From Puccinia triticina (Eukaryota): DNA of 64,000 nt. Positions 56,653 to 64,000 of the stretch are shown here, piece after piece. The DNA lies in contig CP110439.1 in assembly GCA_026914245.1 (NCBI GenBank), positions 2,604,001 through 2,668,000 on the forward strand, read 5' to 3'. The notes beneath the pieces were generated by a model. It did not search any database. It saw only the letters and a list, made by a program, of their open reading frames with translations, and was not told the DNA's origin. Position 1 is the stretch's first letter; the number at the start of each line of letters is the position of its first letter. The position numbers and the translations under genes were made by a program.

Positions 56653-57893
56653 AGAACTGGTGATTTTAGCTCAGCGCAGCGGCCACTGCTAACTCCCCAG
56701 CCCAAAAAGCGGTAGCACAGCAAGCAGGGCCGCTACTTCCAGCGCAGCGAGCAGGGCCACTACTTCCAGTGCAGCGTAGCAGCCACCAAAACCACTGCAG
56801 CGTAGCAGCCACAAAAACCACTGCGGTTTGTGCTTTGCTGCACTTTTTTGGCGCGCAGCGGAGAACCGCTAGGCTGAGGCAGCCAGGCCAAAAAACGGTA
56901 GCACAGGTCAGCGGGCAGGGCCGCTACTAAGTATCAGCACAGCAAGCCCATTTCCTCTGCGCTTTGCACTGAGCTGTACTACTTTGAGCCTTGTCAGAAG
57001 AATGAGGCTGTCTTTCAAGAGGTCCTAGCTTGTTGCTTTGTAAAACTTGGGTGTTCCAGATAGGGATTATGGGATGAACAAATGGGGCTTGAAAATGGGA
57101 AGGTGGAATGCACAAGAGATTCCAAATTTTAATGATTGCCATTGGTATCTGTTTGCTGGGAAGGCCACCCTTTAGAAGGTACATTATTTCCCTTGCAGCT
57201 GCCCAATGGCGGGTGGAGTGCATTTAATTGGATAAAATTTCAAGTAGGACTCATCATAGGTGCCTTCAAGGGCAGAAAGGCACTCAATTAAGGAGAGTAC
57301 CAGCCAGCAGGTTCCCATGGCAATTTCTAATCTGAATCCATGATATGAATTTTAATATGTATGTGAGCAAGAAAATTTCTACTATTTGGCTGTAAAATCT
57401 TTTCCAAAGTTGTATTGCAATTATTGTCTTTTCTCAGAAGCTTGGACAGAATTTAAAAAAAAGTTTTGAAAATCCTTCGTAAAACACATATTTTTCATAT
57501 ACACTCCAAGGTTTGATTTGACAGGTGTCAGATACAGCCCAAGGCTAAATTGAAACCCAAAGCCATCATCATTGAGAAGATGATCTTGGAGTAGACTTCA
57601 GGAAAAACTGAGGTCATGTTTGGAACCAGAGCTGCTCATTGAACCCTCCAAACACGGTGCATGGTGATAGACCACTGCCCTCTGCCCAAACGGAGGGGCT
57701 GACGAAGAACCAGACTGTTACACAACCTGCAAAGGACAAGATGGCTCAAGCTGTGGGATACTACAGCCAAAAGTTAATCTAAAAACCAAAAATAAACCCA
57801 TACACCAAAACAAAAAAAGATTGGATAAGGTCCAACCTTCTTAGAAAAGACAATATGAGGAAAAAAAGAAAATTATTATTCAACTAAAACACA

Positions 57894-60268
57894 TCAGAAA
57901 AGCATGTGTGCCTTCTGAGCAAGAAGAATGACTAGAAGGCTTGAAAAAAGGAGGCCATAAATTGCCATACTTTTCACAAGTGAAGAAGATGCTAGGACAT
58001 TTTGAACACCTATCTGGTGACTTGCCCCATTTTCTTTCAGAGTCTGTTTCTTGTACACATTCCAAAACTTTTTTGCAAGAGTTGGGTTTTGGGCAAGATC
58101 TGAAGTTCTTGTCACCACCCCATGTGATTTTGGACCATCTGGATGGTAATCTGCCACCTTTTCTCTGACAAGTTTTTCACACAGGTCCCAGAGTTTTTTG
58201 GCCTGAGTTGTATCTTGAGCAAGTACTGAGGGTATAGTAACCACCCCAAATGGGTGAAGATAAGCAGCCCTACATAGGAAAAGTATTACCTTAATCATCA
58301 ATATTGAAGCTCAGGGTATTCACATATTTCTCCAATCCAAAGCCAGATATGAGTGGCCAAACAAAGAAAATCAGCCTCACCTTAAATTCTTATCCTCTAA
58401 CTCAAGTGCTGTGGCAGCATATAGGGAATTGAATGCACCATCCTTTGGTGTCAGTAAAACCTTACTAATTGCCCACTAGACAGACAATCAGGCCAGGAGA
58501 TGTCAGCAGGTTCTTTGTGAAATATATAGTATTGACACTGGTGCTTCAGCTCACGGGGAAAAAAGACTGTTGAAGATATTTCACTGGCAAAACACCTATA
58601 TTTTGATTATCAAAAGACTTGCATCAATGCTTAATTCTCTCAACTATAGCTCAATCTCAATGTAATAACTAAACTTACCAGTCACAATTTTAGTGTTTAC
58701 CCCACCAGGATGCTTTAAAGTTACATGTTAAAAATCCATCAGCCTCCAAATGATGATTTGCTGGAGGGAATTTTCCCAGTGAAAAAGACTTACAACTGAT
58801 GTACAAATGATTCTTGTAGAGCTGAGCCTCCTTTGTAGCTCGTTGGTAAAAAGTATTCTCTATGAGGATTGCAGTAATTGCCCGTCAGTTTTCCATTATA
58901 AATCCAAATCAGAAAATTTGATGTTCTATGCGGTAAAACAATCAGATGAACTTACCATTAGCTTACTCAAGCCGTACCGGTCCGTGGTGAAATACGAGTG
59001 TTTATTTAAGCTATCCACCGACGAGAAATCCGGGGTGCCCCTTACCCACGAGTGCGCTACACTGGCAACATTGACAATTCGAACATGCGAACCAGGCTCT
59101 TCGGACGTCTTTTTGAGCAAGTCCAGCAATCGGAACGTGAATGCAAAGTGACCAATAGCGTTGCAAAGCTGCAGCTCAATACCATCCTCGCTTAGCTGAT
59201 ATGGTGTAAACGCCTGGAGGACCGTCAAGACATGCCCAAATAGAGAAAAAAGAAAATCAATAATCAGAAACATGAAAGACTTGAGGTGTCTAGAGTGTGT
59301 GACAAAAAAATCGACTCAGACTATTCCAGCGTTGTTCACCAGGATATCGAGCCTGTCTTCCTTCCCGAGGAACTCATGAGCTGCCGAATGGGCAGATTTG
59401 AGTGAGGTGATGTCCAAATGGAGAAATTGAGGGTTTGAACCTGGCACAATGACATTGATCTTTTTGATCGCGTCCGTGGTGTCCTTGTCGGCCCTACATG
59501 CCAGGCTGTTCAACGGAAGTCCATTAGATTCTCTCTGGGCTTGACTGTTTTGGGGTTCAAACCAATTTTTGATCCAAATTCTTACTAGACTTTTGCGCCA
59601 CGACGAGCGAGTTCCAAAGCAGTAGCGTAGCCTATACCAGTACTAGAACCTGTAACACGATTCAAGAGCCATTTTGTCAACCATTTGATTGAAGCAGCCC
59701 TCATTAGATTTCGAGCTTTTTCAACTCCACCTGTCACAATGGCGATCCGGCCTGTGGATAACAAAGTGGATGATAAAAAAGATTGAGTATTAAACCATTA
59801 AGGATTTGAAAATCTAGTAGAGAATTTTGGATTGACCTTGGAGATTTGGCATCTGGTCAACCGTCCAATCACTTCCTTTGGCAGATGCAAAAAGCTCTAG
59901 TGCAAGCTGAGAGCTTTTGGAGTCTGCTGACCCTCTGGTAGGATCAATTACTACAGGGGATATTGATATCAATTTACATCGTGCTGCTCGGAATATGGTG
60001 CGCCAAGAAAATGAGAAGATCTATGCACCTGGGTCCGCATGTTTTACTAGTCCAGTCGCAATCGGAGACATGCTCCTTGCTGCTTGAAAGAAGCAAAGAG
60101 CTGCTACCACTATGCAGTGATATTGCACGAAAATATACATCTAAAACTGCAGGAAAGGGTATTGAAAGACTTTTGTGGACCCAAATAAAAAGAGCTAATG
60201 ATGTAGTACGAGTGGGCTGTCAATTTTCTAGATTGTTGCAGTGATAGAGGAAGCTCACCCTTCGCCAT
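57894..60268 (-). CDS. Short-chain dehydrogenase/reductase (retinol dehydrogenase/WWOX-like), many small exons
   Basis: WTVDQMPNLQG-RIAIVTG-SSTGIGYATALELARRGAKV, LDILVNNAGI, NAIGHFAFT, RIVNVASVAH, catalytic YGLSK, HPGGVNT. A probable first micro-exon MAK at 60268 is in frame with the next exon. Confidence 0.85.
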
Positions 60269-62799
60269 GGTGTCTTCACAGGCGCGATCTGGATTTAAAC
60301 CGTCCCTGAAAGACGTCACAATGAACTTGGGGAATGTATAAGGGTGATATGATCTTGCCTCGAATGTCAAGGACTCAGTATCCGGGCTTGAGCTTTAACC
60401 GGTGGTAGTCTACAGACTCAAGCCGTCGCCTTTCCGACCCAACCTCTGTTGAAACAATTCCAACGCTAAAACTACGAAGAAAAGTCAAAATGAGACAACT
60501 TAGCTGGAATCTGGATGGCGTCGAGGACAGACAGAGGAAATCCACAACCGAAGTCTCAAAAACTATTGTTACCGGTTTCCAAGTTGTGGTTCGGGACAAG
60601 GCTGAATCTGGAAATTCAGGTCTGAGCCAACAAATTTCAGATTTCACAGGAAAATCTGGGCTTCAGGACTCTAAATCACTTTTGGGAGGCTCCCAGATTG
60701 TGACAGGAGGTGCATCTGTGAAAACCTTACTAATTCCAATTGGGACCCAATGGATATCATTAAATATCTACTAGAGGACTTTGTATTGAGATCTACAAAA
60801 ACTGAGTGACTCACTGTTGAGATCTGAGGACCTCTCAAGAGAGAATATTACTTGTCTCTGCCCCAGGGCCTATAGCCACAAGCTTCCACCATCATACTTT
60901 ACCAATCAACCTGGCTCCAGGCAGAATTCACCATTGAGCCTATCCCAATGACCTGGGAGGTCTTGATATGCCATTAAAGAGAAATTATTAAATATATATT
61001 GGGTTCTATGAGGTTCAATTCAACCTCCCTGAAATTCTAATATATGCACTGGTCCAAATTGCAGTCTACTGCAGCACTTATCTGGCTATACTTTGGGATC
61101 TAACCTTATGGCAACGGTGAAACCATTTCAATACATGTATTGTAATGGCTGTTAAAGTACATTGTAATTGGCAAAAAATGCATGTATTTTTTGAAATTGT
61201 AGCACATTGCTGTGCCAATGCGCTACCAATGAAGTGTATTGGGTTTGTCAATCTTCATTTGGTGCAATCTCGGCCAACCGCTACAAATACACAGTAGCGT
61301 AGCGGCCGGCCAATGTGCTACTGCTGCAATGTAACAGCGCTTTTTGAAGATATGCTACTGGCTGCTGCAAATACATTTAGAACAGCAGTTTCAGCATTGC
61401 TTATGGGATCCGGCAGAAGAATGAAGTTTGTCCCATCCACAATTTGTGACAGTAGCCCATAATGCAAGCTCAGAGCCTACTAAGGGCCCATTTGGCTGTG
61501 CGGCAGAATCTCAATCTGAACTCACAGTCCCCCACAAAATTGAGATTCTGGCGAGATTCAGAATCTTGCAACATGAGATTTTTGGAGATTACCAAAAAGT
61601 GTTTGGCTCCCCAAAAATCTGGCAAAAATATCTGATTGGTGATCTCACCAGCCACCAAAGGCAGATTACACTGAGATACAGCTATTTTGCTTTATCTCAA
61701 CACCAAATCACAATCTCATAGCTCCCTCAGAGCTTTGAGATTGCCCAGAAACCCTCTTCATGGGTCTGTAACAGTCATCAACAAACCTCTCAATGACTGA
61801 TCTGACCGGTCATCAAGAGGGACCAAACCTCTTGATGACCAGTCAGAGGTCATCAAGAGGAATCAAACATCCCAATGACCAATCAAACCTGTCATTGAGA
61901 GGAATCAACCTACTTGATGACCAGTCTGACTGGTCATTGAGAGGGATCAAACATTTTGATAACAGGTCAGATTGGTCATTGAGAGGGCTCAAATTTAATT
62001 TGAGGCAGCAAAAAAAAATACCTGCGTATGTACCAGTACATACATAGGTATCATTCTTGCTTGGATGCTGGTGAGGTGGTGTGTGGCAGGGTTGACCCAA
62101 AATTCTTGGCAGCCAAACAGTCCTGGATGATCAGGATCTCAATGTCACAGATCCAGATTCTGGGCATGTTTGGCTGCCCGGCTGTCATTGGCTGAGATCA
62201 GATTCTGATCTTGCAAGATTGAGATTTTGGCCCCCACGAGGCCAAACAGGCCCTGAGAGCGTCTCCACCGCGGGGGACTATCTGAGGGACTAAATCCCAG
62301 GCTTGCGCGACTGCGGCACAGTTTTAGCTTCCCAACCAAGGTCTCTTTCACACTGCAAGGTTCCCAAAGTAGCACCTCCAGGTTGTGAAACCGGCTACCC
62401 CCGACTCCCTGATGGCCAGTCAGCACGAGAGGTGCAATACCAATGTCCGGTCAATACATGGCAGCGATATACAGTCCTCTCAATGGCCGGTACTGACCGG
62501 CCATTGACGTGCAGTCCTCTCAATGGCCGGTACTGACCGGCCATTGACGTGCAGTCCTTTTGATGGCCGGTCAGTACCCGCCATTGAGATGCAGTCCTCT
62601 CAATGGCCGGTCAGCACCAGCCATCAAGATGTAGTCCTCTTGATGGACGGTCAGTACTGGCCATCGATGTGCAGTCCTTTTGATGGCTGCTGTGATGAAC
62701 AAAAGTGGTCACTGCGTAGAAATGTCAGGACCCCGCCGCTCCAAGATGATTCCCAGGTGAAGTTGGGTGATCTGGAGAAACTCTGCCGCCTTGTAGGGC

Positions 62800-63070
62800 T
62801 CTGAGTGGGATAAATAAAGTAAAGCACATAAAATAATCTAGCTCCGCAAAAGTAAACAGTAAAATAAAGCTCTGCCGCATAAAGAAGATAACTCCACCAC
62901 AAAACTCCGCAAAACCGCAAGAAACAGCCGTAAAGCAAACACAAAACTCCGCAAAGCACAACTGTAACACATAAAGCAAGTCCGCAACGTAAAAACTCCA
63001 CTCTGCAACGTACACAAAGTAAAAGAAGCACAAAAATCCGCAAATTAAAGTAAAACCGTAAAAGAGAGTC
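62800..63070 (+). repeat. A-rich low-complexity tract with aaactccgcaaa-like units
   Basis: Repeated aaaactccgc / aaagtaaa motifs. The minus-strand hydrophobic ORFs are artefacts of this composition. Confidence 0.6.
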
Positions 63071-63596
63071 TGTGGGGAGTATGATACAGAATCCTCCCTC
63101 CACCACTGTAGTTTTATAGAGAAAAGGAAGAGAACTAAAAGATATCCTCCGCCCGCCATCCGCTAACTCCGTTCACACATGCAAACTTGTCATCCGCCAA
63201 GTGCTATATACACACGCACGTCATCCGCCAAGCTCCACTCTCACGCCAACTCCTGTTGTCTCCGCCGCTTGCCTTTGACCGCTGTCAAACTCCTCTCTAG
63301 CTTCCACGCCCCTGTCTAGCCTATGATGTCAGGATCCCACACGCCGCCCTTCTGGCTGCCACGGCTTCCCCCAATCACCACCTCCGCTATCCAGTTCCCG
63401 CTGGCCTGCTTAGTCTGAGTCCAGTTCCGCTGTTGAGCTCCGCGCGCCGCCGCCTTCAGTTGTGCGCTCCGCTCCGCTCCATTCCGCACTGTTTCCGCAC
63501 TGTTTCCCCACCGTTTCCCCACCGCCTGTGCGCCACACTTATTTCTCCGTGGAAAATTTGACAGGAGTTCCAAAATTGATCACCACACCGCTCAGT

Positions 63597-63851
63597 ACCG
63601 GTGTGGTAGACGGAAAAGTGGAAAAATAAAAAGTTTTTTCTATGCCACATAATTACTCATACTAGGCCTCAAGATACCATCAAATGGAGCCCATAAATGG
63701 ATTCTACGGCCAATTTCACCCCTAGTCACTACTGGAAGCACCCCTGGGCCCCCTCTAGTGTGCGAGTTACACCTCATGGACACCTATCACACAGCCAGCC
63801 CAGTTACCAGCTGTCACCTTCCTCAACCCAAGTTTCACAGTAGTACACTTA
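63597..63851 (+). repeat. Dispersed repeat of about 255 bp, copy 2
   Basis: Highly similar to 12677-12933. Confidence 0.85.
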
Positions 63852-64000
63852 GGCCCTGTTTGGAAGCCCCAAATTCAGCTATAAATTGTGCGACTTTTCA
63901 CCAGGGGTGCTTGGGGTATAACACCAAATTTATATGTGTTTGGGACGGCCAATGATATTGTAAAATTCATTACCCTGTATCTCAGGCCATTTATATACCC

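Noticed and set aside
62651..63159. Cys/Phe-rich hydrophobic ORFs on the minus strand
   Set aside because: Translation of an A-rich low-complexity repeat.

Overview
Eukaryotic, intron-rich fungal DNA, most likely from a rust fungus (Pucciniales). That assignment is inferred from basidiomycete-style gene structures, effector-like secreted proteins, dense nested MITE fields and TpCpG-biased decay. Conserved genes: MTR10/transportin-SR head-to-head with the spliceosomal SmE gene (SmE is not visible in the ORF track and was assembled from four exons), 8-amino-7-oxononanoate synthase, cytosolic LysRS, MCM3, mitochondrial TyrRS and an SDR oxidoreductase. There are also three secreted or effector-like genes and a UIM/PPxY protein. 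Main mobile features: (1) An intact, very young Ty1/copia element (39150-44239) with TG..TA LTRs that differ only by one 77-bp tandem unit. Its primer-binding site matches the anticodon arm of tRNA-Lys(UUU), suggesting half-tRNA-Lys priming. (2) Several nests of non-autonomous DNA transposons that can be resolved by their target-site duplications (3, 6, 7, 8 and 9 bp), with repeated insertion into the termini of other elements. (3) A long-TIR element carrying intron-bearing cargo just upstream of a secreted-protein gene. No CRISPR array, rRNA or tRNA gene was recognised. All calls are by eye and exon boundaries are manual predictions.
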